Under the pieces are notes generated by a model. The model worked only from the letters and a program-made list of their open reading frames with translations. It had not been told where the DNA came from and made no database searches. 34,702 nucleotides of DNA. Source: Nemertoderma westbladi. Lineage: Eukaryota > Animalia > Xenacoelomorpha. Positions within the stretch are counted from its first letter, which is position 1. Every line of letters starts with the position of its first letter. The stretch is taken from assembly GCA_032718475.1 (NCBI GenBank), contig JAUCBJ010006467.1, positions 1-34,702 of the forward strand. The letters are read 5' to 3'. Of the stretch, positions 1 to 10,704 are shown in pieces. A program made the translations under genes and the position numbers.

Positions 1-379
1 AAGGAGAAGAGTATTGTAAAATAAAAATGTCGTACTTAACTTAAATAGCCCTCGTTAGAAGGTTTACAAATGAGAGTTAAAGTGTGTAAGGGCGGGCAAA
101 CTGATATGGATCTCTATTTTTACAACTAGTTTAACACAAACTGATAGCATCGCCTTCACTCATATATATTTTAGGAAAGACAGTTTTCGTATATCTAATA
201 GAGATTAGTATAATGTACTTTCTAACATAGGCTTTCGTGCTGTGCGAAGGCCCCACGAACGTGTTTAAATGTGCAGTAGGCCTAATTAGGGCAATACACC
301 TAGAAATTGTTAGGGATCTGAGCCAAAAATCATTTATTGCCGAATTTCATCGGTTTATCTCGCGCCGCGCGGCCCTTAA

Positions 380-1939
380 CCCCTATTAGTACCGGGCTAT
401 AAAATGTTGTACAAATACCGGGGGGGGGGATCGACCCCCCCCCCCCTAAAATCTACAAATTTTTACGAAAACGTCTGATTTTTTGTTTGTACGTAGGTAT
501 CACTAGTCTCGATCCGACCTAAAAAAAAAATTTCGAAAAAATGTACTGGGGTGGTTATATTGCATCACCAAAATTACAAGTTGTGCACAATTTTCACAAA
601 ATTTGAAAGTTACATTTTTCGGCTAACTGTTTTTCAATACAGGTTTTCTGGGGCGCAACTGTACATTGGAAAATATTTAAAAATTATATGATTACTCTAC
701 GTAGGAAAAAATGAAAAAAACAAGTAACCAGGACTTTTCAGTTAGAACACAAAATTTTTAATTCACTTATACGATGCTATAATTTCACATTTTCAGGTTT
801 TCTAGGGCGCTGATTCCAATTGAATACATTTCTAATATGCCAGATCATTGCTACTTGTATTTTTCGGCGTATTTTGGCAAATTTTCGTGCTAGCACCAAA
901 TTTCGTACCCACCACCAAAAAGTACAAGTTTGCGATATCCGGTGCTGTTTTTATTCATTCCAACGGATTCAGGACCCTCATATACCCGTATAATGCAAGA
1001 AACGATATGATACTATCTACTGATCAATTTGCTTATTTTCCAAAATGTGGTGCTGGCACAACAATTTTCACCCACCGGCTAAAAATACAAGTTTGAAATC
1101 TCTTATGAAATTTTTTTCCTGATTCCATTGAATTCAGAACCCTCACAAACCCGTATAACGCAAGAAACAAGGTGACACAATCAATTGATATATTTGATGG
1201 TTTTCAAAATTTGGTGCTAGCTCCACATTTTGCACCCACTTCCGAAAAATACAAGTTCGAGATGTCTAGTTCGATAAATATATATTCCATTGAATTCAGA
1301 ACAGCCATAAACCTCTAAAACGCAAGAAATAAATTGTCACCAGCAATTTTATCTATTGAATGGATTTTCAAAATTTCGTGCTAGCACCAAAATTTGCACA
1401 CAGCACCGAAAAATACAAGTGTGATACGCTTAGTGCAACTCGTATATATTACATCGAAACTAGAATCCCAAAAAACCCCAATTGCGTAAAAAACAAGTTT
1501 CAAACAATCAATTTACAAAATTGGCATATTTCAAAATTTGGTGCTGTCACCAAAATTTGGCACCCGCCGAAAAAAACAAGTTTGAAATTTCTAAATCAAT
1601 TTATATGAATTCTGTCCAATTGCTAACACCAAAAAACCGGTGTAAATCAAAAATAGAGATGTTACAATTCATATGTAATTTTCATGTAATGTATAATTCA
1701 TAATGTAATTTTCAAAAAACGTCTCAAAAAAAGTGCCAAAAGTAGGGTTAAAAAATGGTGCTATAACTCAAACACTACCCAATATTTTTGAAACGGTTTT
1801 CACTACTAGGTAGACAATAGATTTTTAGGAAAAGTCATAAAATGTGAGATTCCCAACTACTTTTGTTTCAGAATTATAATAAAAAAACCACGGGGGGGGG
1901 GTCATATTGACCCCCCCCCCCCCCCCGGGTTTAACAGGG
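380..1939. mobile_element. piggyBac-like non-autonomous element (TTAA TSD)
   Basis: TTAA at 376-379 and 1940-1943. Ends are CCC...GGG with imperfect 16-bp TIRs (CCCTATTAGTACCGGG vs CCCTGTTAAACCCGGG). G-run/C-run hairpins lie near both ends. Removing it restores the TIR of the outer element. Confidence 0.75.
880..1690. repeat. Five diverged ~163-bp tandem units inside the piggyBac-like element
   Basis: The motif (T/G)GTGCTAGCACCAAA...CACC...AAAAATACAAGTTTG recurs at ~885, 1047, 1211, 1376 and 1538. Confidence 0.8.
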
Positions 1940-2729
1940 TTAAATGCCAAAACCGTCTATCTCATTTTTACATAGTTTTGAGAAAAACGCAAAATACATT
2001 CCAGGCCTGTCATTTGAATCCTGATTGGTGGAAATCCTGTGAAATGATGTCATTAGGTAAGTTATAGTCATAGAATTCTCTGAACAGCATATTTTTAACT
2101 GAAACTCCTATCTACATAGTACAATGTGAGATAGAGGGTATTTGCTTTTATTTTTTCGTAGACATTTGTGTGCTAAAACCGTCTATCTCAGAGTTAGTCT
2201 GTTTTGGCATGTATAAATTTTGTTGTTTAACCTGAAGTTCTAGGCATTCTTACATGCCAAATCAGACTATCTCAGATATAAACCCTATCTGGCCCGGCTT
2301 TTTTAATACGTAATTGGTTAGAAAACAAAAATTATGTTGTGTTTGGTTTGATATTTCCGAAGGTATATGGGTTTTCGAGGTCTCTGATCGAGATGAAACT
2401 TGTTAATAATATTTCTCGTACATCAAACGTCATTTTTGGGGCCATTCTGATACCCCAGGTTGAAAAGTAGATGTAGCAAAAATTTAATACGTTTTTTTAC
2501 TGTAGCATAAAACTTACAAATGCCAAAAATTGAATTTAGTTTGATAATATGATATTTTTGTGTCTCATATTCGTGATCAACTTCTCAGAAAACCCCTAAT
2601 GTCATGAAATAAGGTTGATATAGTAATGATTTTTTATTAACAAATTTATTCTACATTTATATTTTTCGTGCCGCACATTGACACATTGCTAAAAATGCCA
2701 TAATCAACAAGGTTCGATATATTCCAGTA

Positions 2730-3358
2730 CAAGGGGTTGGTGGAACAGGAGTTTTATAGCGCCGGAAGACAATTAAAAGATAAATTAAACAACGGCCTAT
2801 ATATTTCTCCCCGCTGGGGTATCGTCGGGGCCTGATTACTTAAAACAAACTGGTAAAACTGCAAAAACACAAAGGTATGAAACACCGGTACCGGTATGCA
2901 ATGTAAAGCAGTAAGGGACATCAGACTCATGACTGGCTAAACAGAACCTACAGTATATCTCCAAAAAATTATATAAATGCAGTATATTTTTATAAGACAG
3001 TAGAACCTAGAACAACAGAACCTACAGTATATCTTTATAAGACAATGCTAAACAAACGCCCCCAACTATGATATAGGCTAAGCTTACATAATAACAAAAT
3101 CAAATTACATTACAATAAATTAAATTTGATCATGCGCACCTAATTTCCAGGCTAGACGTAAATGAAAGCAACAGAGATCTGGAATAACTGCATTCTCCTA
3201 CGGTCTCCAAAACTTCAAATATTCCTACAAACCACTACGAAAAAATAGTGCTAAATAGATTGAGACGTACATAAGTCCATGATAAAATTAAAATTATGAT
3301 AAAATTAAATTTTAATTGTCTTCCGGGGCTATAAAACTCATGTTCCACCAACCCCTTG
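2730..3358. mobile_element. MITE with ~48-bp TIRs, probable TA TSD (Tc1/mariner-like)
   Basis: CAAGGGGTTGGTGGAACAGGAGTTTTATAGCGCCGGAAGACAATTAAA at 2730 is the near-perfect reverse complement of 3311-3358, with TA on both sides. Inverted similarity extends a few more bases, so the ends could be 2723-3365. Confidence 0.75.
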
Positions 3359-6300
3359 TAATGGATCATTGTGACGCCCTTAAGTCGGCTTGCTACGACC
3401 TTAAGCAATACATTTCTGTGTCATATTCGTGATCAGCACTCCAAAAAAAATCAAATATTTCAATAAAGGTCATAAAATTGGCTTGATTGCTTGTTTTTTC
3501 GTTCCCCAGGGGGCACATTCAAAATTACAAAAAAATTTCTCGAATGTTATATTTGAGTTTCTACAATCGTCATCAACATCCAAAAAACTAAATATACCGC
3601 AAATCAATTTATTTTAGTTAGTTTTTAATTTTAATTTAATTTTAGAACGAAAAATACTGGAGATGGGTGTCAGAAAGTTACCATGGCACGAAAACTAACA
3701 TACTGTAGCTATATAAATGACATTTGCGATGTTGGATAGCCCACTAAATATTAGGACACTAGTAAAACTAGGTACTAGTAAAAGCATAATTGTTAGGCTA
3801 TAAGGCAAGTTTACAGTCATTATTGTATTGTAGATCATAGAGATAGATTGTTTTGGCCAATACAAATGAATAATTATTAGATATTGAATCCAGGTTTTGG
3901 GATTTACTATTATTGACAGATTGTTGAGATAGACGGTTTTGGCAAAAATATAACTCCTTAGGACTTTATAATTACGTCTTAAGACTTGGCTAGAAAGATG
4001 CGCCTCGGTTTTCTGATTCCAAATAATATGCACATGTCATTTTTCTAAAAAACTGAGTTAGACGGTTTTGGCATGTAAGGGCCGCGCGGAATACCCATTC
4101 ATATGTTTTCTGACAATGCCTCTAATTTTCATATCAACATTATTGTATTACAAAACAAATTGTTAAATTGTCCAGCAGTAATAGACGAATTCGGCAAACA
4201 AGAAATACATTGGGAATTTAATGTACCTCTTAAACCCTCAGTATACGGTTTCATCGAACGTATGGTCGGTTGAACTAAGGGATGCATGAAGAAAGTTCTA
4301 GGTAGATCAGTTACAACCAATTACACCAATTACTAGACCAATTACATACAGTAATCGTCCAAATAGAAGCAATTGAGAACAGCAGACCTCTTACATTCAA
4401 TACGACAAAAGGGAAGATCTCAATAAATACTCAATATCCCAACTCAAAATAAGGTCATAAATTGATGGACCTAGCCTTGATATTTTGTACAATAACTCGA
4501 GAACTAATCACTCAACTCATATTTTTAGAGTGTCAACATCACCTAAATTGATCATTGAAGTTATGTGTGAATTCTGGACGCCTTGAGATAATTAGAAGAC
4601 TTATCATTTTTAGTGTATTTGTCAATATCGCATCAACGCGCTAATGTTGACTTGTGCCGGACTTCACATTTTCTGCAATATCTCAATAACTATTCGCTCT
4701 ATGCTTGTATTGAAGGTATCTACACCAACTAAATCGGTCATTGCGGTTCTAATGAGCATAATATCAATGCAGTAGGAATACTAGAAGTTGAACATCATAA
4801 AAATGGGGAATATGACTCACTTCCGCCAAGGGCGGGAACTGGCCATGTGCCTGTAGGAATATTTCCTGTCATCTCCAAATCAAAATTTTGGTATCTATCG
4901 AAGTTTGGGCCCATTTGATGACATCTGATGTGCGAACTGAGTTGAAATTCGAAATAAAAGTTTTTTTGGACCACCCTTGCTGGACCTATTGCCTATATTA
5001 CTATATAACCTATAACTGATTCTTATCGCAGCTTTACTTAAACTTGAATTGATTACAGCGAGTGAACTTGACATGCTAGCAAATCCAAAAGCCGATTCGG
5101 AATCAGCATCGTTCAATTGTATAGAAAAGTGTATTTTCATATGAACAAATTGATATTTGAAAAATAATGCTTAAACCCACAAGGTGGACTGCCGCGCTTA
5201 AAATTTGTAAACTTCAATGTGCTTGAGCACACCCTAAAATTTGAAATATGATGCTCAAATTTTTTTTGGTGTGTTTTCTCATGGAATGGACACAATTGAC
5301 ACCCTGAGCGATCAAAAAATCACATTTTCGATTTTTAAGAACCACCCTAAGGTATACCCCCCCCCCCCCCCCTTTCTAAAGATAAATAATAATAAGTCGA
5401 ACGAATTTGTTCCTAATCGCTGGCCTAACGACCGAAGAAAATTAACTTTTTTTATGAGATAGTTAAAATCTGGGTGCAAAATATTTCCTCAAAGGTTGAT
5501 ATAAGTAAAGAAAATACGATACAGATTAATATTAAATATTAAATAATAAGTGTAATAATAATCTCTTTTAGGTACATGGAAGTCCCGATAGATTGCCCCC
5601 CTTTCATGGAAGGAACCACCAATCAGGTTGTGTTTGATTGCATCAACCTGTCGACTACAAATTTCAGTTGCTCTACAAAAAACAATATCACTGTGAATGC
5701 CAGTAACTCAGACGGACACGTTCAAGGCGAGCTACGCTACCAACCTAAAAGAATGTGTAAGCCAATATTTATTTAGGACTGAGTTTGATTCGCACAACAT
5801 TAGTCTGGTGGCAGTTCTTCTGCCTATTAATCTTACTAAGATGTCCTCTTGAGAGATTTTTAGGACGCGCCTGAGTACCACCCGGTAGTATTTTGAACAA
5901 CTGAAGGAGCAACACATGTACTATACTATCCAGGTGGAGAGCGCAAATGGAGAATTTGCGCCATGCGAGTGCATGGCCGACTGCGTTGGCCATGTGGTAT
6001 TGTTCTACAGTAGAATATTTCGGTATTACTAGAGAGTCATTATTAGCACATGATGCTGATGGTAAATAATAATGCCTACCTTGATTTTGTTAAGGTCAGT
6101 TTTATTTATACTTGTAGGCTAATATATATAACTATACATGGGCGTAGTCGTAATGTTCCAAATACTCTTGTTGCGCCTGTCGATTCGTATAAATCGACAG
6201 GCGCAAATACCCCCCCAATTTATACTACAAAATTTGTGGCACGAAACACATTACACGAAATGGAATTACAATAAAAGCAGCCCATTTAAAACCATTTTCA

Positions 6301-6504
6301 ATCAATTAATTCAGCACCTTAGAAAACCTTATAATAGTTAAAAAGATTATTCAAATTTTTTGAGTTAATCATGGTTCTGAATTAACGAGGATGGTCTCTG
6401 AATTAACGAGTGAGGACCCTGAGTTAATAAGGATATTCCCTGGACTAATAAAAAATAATTAATACCAAAATTAATAACAAAAGAAGACCCAAAATACAAT
6501 ACCA

Positions 6505-6860
6505 GCAAATACAGAAATACTCAAATTAACAAAAAAAACACAAAAAGTATCACTTAATAAAAAATTTAATATTGAACTTAAAGCTCCAATATCACAAATA
6601 AAACCCATGAGGGAGTATTCCAATAAACAATTGTTCAACCCCAGTGATTTTGAAATACACCAGACATGTCAGAGAGCATTGCAAATACAGAAGTACTCAA
6701 ATTAACAAAAAAAAACAAAAAGTATTACTTAATAAAAAATGTAATATTGAACCTTTAAAGCTCTACTTAATCACAATGAAATCCACATGAAGATGTATTC
6801 CAATTACAATTGTTCAATCCCAGTAACTTATGGAACACACCAGATGTGTCAGAGAGCATT
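6505..6860. repeat. Diverged tandem duplication, ~176-bp unit x2
   Basis: GCAAATACAGAA.TACTCAAATTAAC...GTCAGAGAGCATT starts at 6505 and again at 6681. Confidence 0.85.
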
Positions 6861-7807
6861 ATAAGTGTTGTTTCCTTGCACAAAAATGAATTCTTCTTCA
6901 TAAATCATGTGCACAATTTTCAAACATATTCAAACAATCCATAGTGTGGAACCGGTAGTCATACAGCAATTTAGTGTGGGGACATTTTTTTTTTAGGGTG
7001 GGGGGGGGGGGGGGGGGTTGGTGGAAGGGTCGGTGGTAACCCTTAACCATAACTGTAACTGGGGTTGGGGGTGGAACGGTCGGGGGTAACCCTATCCTAT
7101 AGCTGTGGTAAGGGGGGGGGGGGGGGGGGGGGGGTAGCCTTTCCCTTAATGTTTTAAATTAATTTTTCAAACCCACATAGTTGGTTTATTTATAATCATA
7201 ATCGTCATTTATAAAGATACATTTTTGTTACAAAATCATTATACCAACACAACAGTTACAACATAACACGGCCCAGTGAAATGAACTTAGCACATAGGCC
7301 TAGCACAATAAATACGAATCATGGCTCACTCACGAAATTGGGGCGGGATTTGGGTTGTTATAATATAGCGTGGGTAAATGTACAGTACATATTATTCAGT
7401 GCACAAAGGCAGAGCTTGAAAACCAAAAAAATATTTTTTACCAGCGATGATTTAGGTCTTCATAAATCCGGCCGCATGGTATACCACCCACCAGTGCGGA
7501 TATATCAGAGTACGATGTTGAACTATGAAGTAAATTGAGATTAATTTGCATTTATTACAATTAATTATAACAATAAGATTCAAAGAGAGCGCCTACGTGC
7601 GTGAGGGAGGGGGGGGGGGGGGGGGGGTGCCGGTAATTCTAATCCATTTGAAAAGTAAATGTAAAACGAAACCAAATAAAATAAATGAAAATAACGAAAT
7701 GAAAAACGCAATAATAAGTGTTAGGATTGGTTAAATTTTAGTTTCGTTTCGTTATATAAATTTTTATATAAATAAATTCGATTTAAAATAAAAAATAAAT
7801 ATATAAA

Positions 7808-8471
7808 TGTAAGCGGATTCAATTCCACTTCATTACCCACCAGAAAATGGGATGGTGGCATTTTAGCAATATGTTGGAGATACGATATTAGCAATATTAA
7901 TCTCGTCTCATAACCAACATTTGGGGGGGGGGGGGGCGTCACAAGCCCCAAAGCCACATAGAAAGGAAGGTTAGAGGTCAAACCACCTCGGAGGGAACAC
8001 AGCTAGTAGAGGCTAGCAGCAGAGGGGAAACACTCCCAGAGAGTGCCAGGGTGAGAAGTAGCCTATTAGCCAATAGGGGGGAGGGAAGCACGTGATAGGA
8101 AACAGGAGAGCATCCATTAGGTAGCAGGCCAAGGTAGAGTAGGAGGTGAAGCAATATTAGTGTATCAGTCATATATTATGTCAGATTCTTGGATTGGTAC
8201 ATCAGTTAGTTAGTTACTCAGTTTTAGTGCAGACAGATAACAATTATTCACTGTCATCGTCATCGGCTGTCATCATATACTATTACCGGTATCAATCATA
8301 TACTATTATCTCTGTCATATATTATTGCTATCATATATTATAACATCAAGAAACAACATCAAACTCTGATCGCTTTTCTCCAACGGCCTCGGCGGAGCTA
8401 TTAGTACCATCTCAGAGCCAACGGTGACGCTTATAACAATTTACCCAGTCGGGATCTCTGATCCCGTCACA
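7808..8471 (+). repeat. 5' LTR of element A
   Basis: TGTAAGCGG...CCCGTCACA. About 97% identical by eye to 28996-29648 (roughly 18 substitutions, one ~8-bp indel, G-run length difference). Confidence 0.95.
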
Positions 8472-8482
8472 GTGAATAATTG
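8472..8482 (+). promoter_or_regulatory. Non-canonical primer-binding site of A (GTGAATAATTG)
   Basis: Directly follows the LTR, lacks TGG, and is the exact reverse complement of LTR positions 8241-8251 (CAATTATTCAC). Confidence 0.7.
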
Positions 8483-8530
8483 CCAACTGCCAACTGAACT
8501 GTGACTGCAGAGATAGAGAGAAGTAGAAAG

Positions 8531-9297
8531 ATGGCAGAAGAAGGAAAGCCCCGATTATCAGAGGGAGAGAGAACGCCGCCGCAGACCCCGGACGATACCA
8601 ACCAAACAATCCATGAGGCCGCGACGCAACGGTATCGGCCTGCGACGCCGGATTCGCCGACAAGGGACGATCTGGTAGCCCAAGCGGAGGGCGGCCGTCA
8701 ACCACGAGGGAGGGACGAGTCGACGTACGATGGCGGTCAGAGTACCGAAGTCGCCGGACAGCCACAGGCCGAGGGCGACGGACGGCCCACCAGAACGGCA
8801 ACGGTGGGGCCGCCGGTACGATGCCAACCAGGAGAGGTGGAGGAGTCGGGAGACGGACGAGTCGAGGATGTCGGGACGAGTGATCGGCTACGACGGGCCT
8901 ACAACGCCACGAAGAAACTACTGAAGGAGGCCAGAGAGGGAGGAAAGGTAGACCAGCCTAAGTTACACCAAAGGCTAGGTGGGTCGAATAAACATTTTCG
9001 ACATTTAGTCCGTTTTGGACAGGGATAGCTGGCGAGTGAGAGACCGAGGGGGCTCGCCACCGAACTGTTTGAACTGTGGCGATCCGGGGTTATGGAGCCT
9101 GAAGTAGTGTACATAGGGCCATACTTAGTGGAAGCTAGGGGGATTAAGTTAGTGGGTTGGGCGGATCCGCACGAGGGTGAACCCGAGGTTAACCCCGAGG
9201 ATTCGGTCTCATCGGTTGGTGAGAACCCCAGAAAGCGGGGGAAAGTTAGTAGGACAGAGAGGCGACGGGAGACCGTCGCGACCGATAAGTCCGCTAC
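8531..9297 (+). pseudogene. gag: Element A gag N-terminus (in-frame stop at 9026-9028; interrupted by B)
   Basis: MAEEGK..TPPQTPD..EAATQRYRPATPD..VVYIGPY..KLVGW..EVNPEDSVSSVGE matches B's gag N-terminus at 22081-21300 (-). Confidence 0.85.
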
Positions 9298-9859
9298 TGT
9301 GACGGGATCCAGCGAGGATCCCGGTTTATCCGGTTTTTAATCTATGCGTCCCCGCCGTGTGTGAAAGGTGAAAGAGTTTGCTGATCGTTGTATGTAGTCC
9401 TTCGGGTATAATAGCATAAATGAATAAATGAATAAATGGAATTGTCAATAGAATATTAATGGTAAGCGGAAGGCGGGTATCGAAGACGGTGATTAAAGTC
9501 CCGGTACTTCCCTAGCTAAACTAACCTAACTAAACTGAATAAATGATACAATGAATAAATGATAGCTGCACTGATAATGTATATTGCACGGTTGGCCAAG
9601 TTACGTTACCCAGCCAGTGCCTTCCCCCCATTGGCTAATAACTCTGTTGTCACCCTTTGCCCCCCTCTGAAGTGCTTCCCTTCGCCCTTGCTATTCTCTC
9701 TCTTTCAGGGGTGTAACCGCTGACCCTTATTGTGCGTATGTGTCTCCTTCCCACTTGGTTGGGGTGACACGAGGTTGATATTGGTAATCAACCTCGTGCT
9801 CCCAATATTGCTTAACGGCTCGCTTTATGGGGTGGTTAGCGGAATTGGATAAGCTAACA
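9298..9859 (-). repeat. 3' LTR of element B
   Basis: TGT...ACA termini. About 10 substitutions relative to 22170-22731 by eye (~98%). Adjacent to the PPT. Confidence 0.95.
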
Positions 9860-9868
9860 CTCCCCCCC
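9860..9868 (-). promoter_or_regulatory. Polypurine tract of B (GGGGGGGAG)
   Basis: Purine run abutting the 3' LTR on the minus strand, equivalent to GGGAGGGAG in A. Confidence 0.85.
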
Positions 9869-10704
9869 ATGCTATCTTCCCGGTAAGAAGATAGCATCCA
9901 CCTCTAGTGCGCTACAATTCCGCTGGATCCCGACCTAGTGTCGGGTGTGGGGTGGGATTATTTTTCTTTCGGAGCCGGCTTTCCAGGCCGCTCCCTATGG
10001 GTATGATAATGCTACCCGTTTGCGTGGCGTCCCGTGTCGGGCTGATCGTGCGCTCCTCTCACACGACTTTTGTTTCCCCAGCACTTTCGCCACTCTAACT
10101 CTACTCTACTCTCACCCCAACTCTTACACTCTCGGACCTCTACGTCCCTTAATCTGCCTCTTACTTCTCCCCCCCCCCCCCCCCACACTTGAATTGCACT
10201 CGCACTCTCTCTATACCCCGCACTCTCTTTGCACTACAACTCAACCTCTATCCTGATCACTCACTCCCGACGAGTTTCACCCTTCCCTTTTGTGCCGTCG
10301 CACTCAAGAAGCGTGATGTCGTCCAATGTCTCGTCTGTGGTAGTATCATAGTCCATTGGTCCCCAGTCCCAGTAGCTAATTGAGAAAGGTTATACGACTA
10401 TAGTACTTACTTCGAATATATTTTTATCACTAGATTACTGATTATTACGTATGTACATACAAATTGCACTTATTCGATTATTTACATTATTTGAAATTGT
10501 ATTTAAGAGTTCGCACGTCTTAGTCTTAGTCTTAGTTCGTTCCACCAGCCTTTGGGAACCATCTTAAGTCTTTCCCTTTGCCGTCCTCTTCCCTGGGTCG
10601 TTTCCTGGTTATTACCGCTCCTCTGGGATCTGTTTTCTGTTTTCGGACTCTCGCTGCCACCTCCTTACTGATCCCGGTCGTTGGCTCCTTGGGTGCCGGT
10701 GTTA

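Larger units (their letters stand above)
365..4089. mobile_element. Non-autonomous TIR DNA element, interrupted by two nested insertions
   Basis: Joining 365-379 to 1944 onward gives CCGCGCGGCCCTTAAATGCCAAAACCGTCTA, which matches the reverse complement of ~4059-4089 (CCGCGCGGCCCTTACATGCCAAAACCGTCTA). The subterminal motif AAAACCGTCTATCTC recurs at ~1949 and ~2176 and inverted at ~3926. No transposase ORF. Exact ends and TSD are uncertain. Confidence 0.7.

Noticed and set aside
5570-6035. Possible host exons or SWIM-like Cys/His motif (CECMADCVGH) after a TTTTTAG acceptor
   Set aside because: Frames are short and interrupted, motif spacing is not convincing, and I cannot assign a family without a homology search.
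6996-7136. Long G runs flanking a ~50-bp dimer (G-quadruplex candidate)
   Set aside because: Long G/C homopolymers occur throughout the window and their lengths may be sequencing-dependent; nothing specific supports a function. For the same reason some frameshifts in A and B may be assembly errors.
848-7734. Short ORFs (60-112 aa) in the left flank
   Set aside because: They lie in AT-rich repeats or MITEs, show no recognisable domains, and are consistent with chance ORFs.
7978-8172. 64-aa minus-strand ORF repeated at 29163-29357
   Set aside because: Duplicated only because it lies within the LTRs; no coding evidence.
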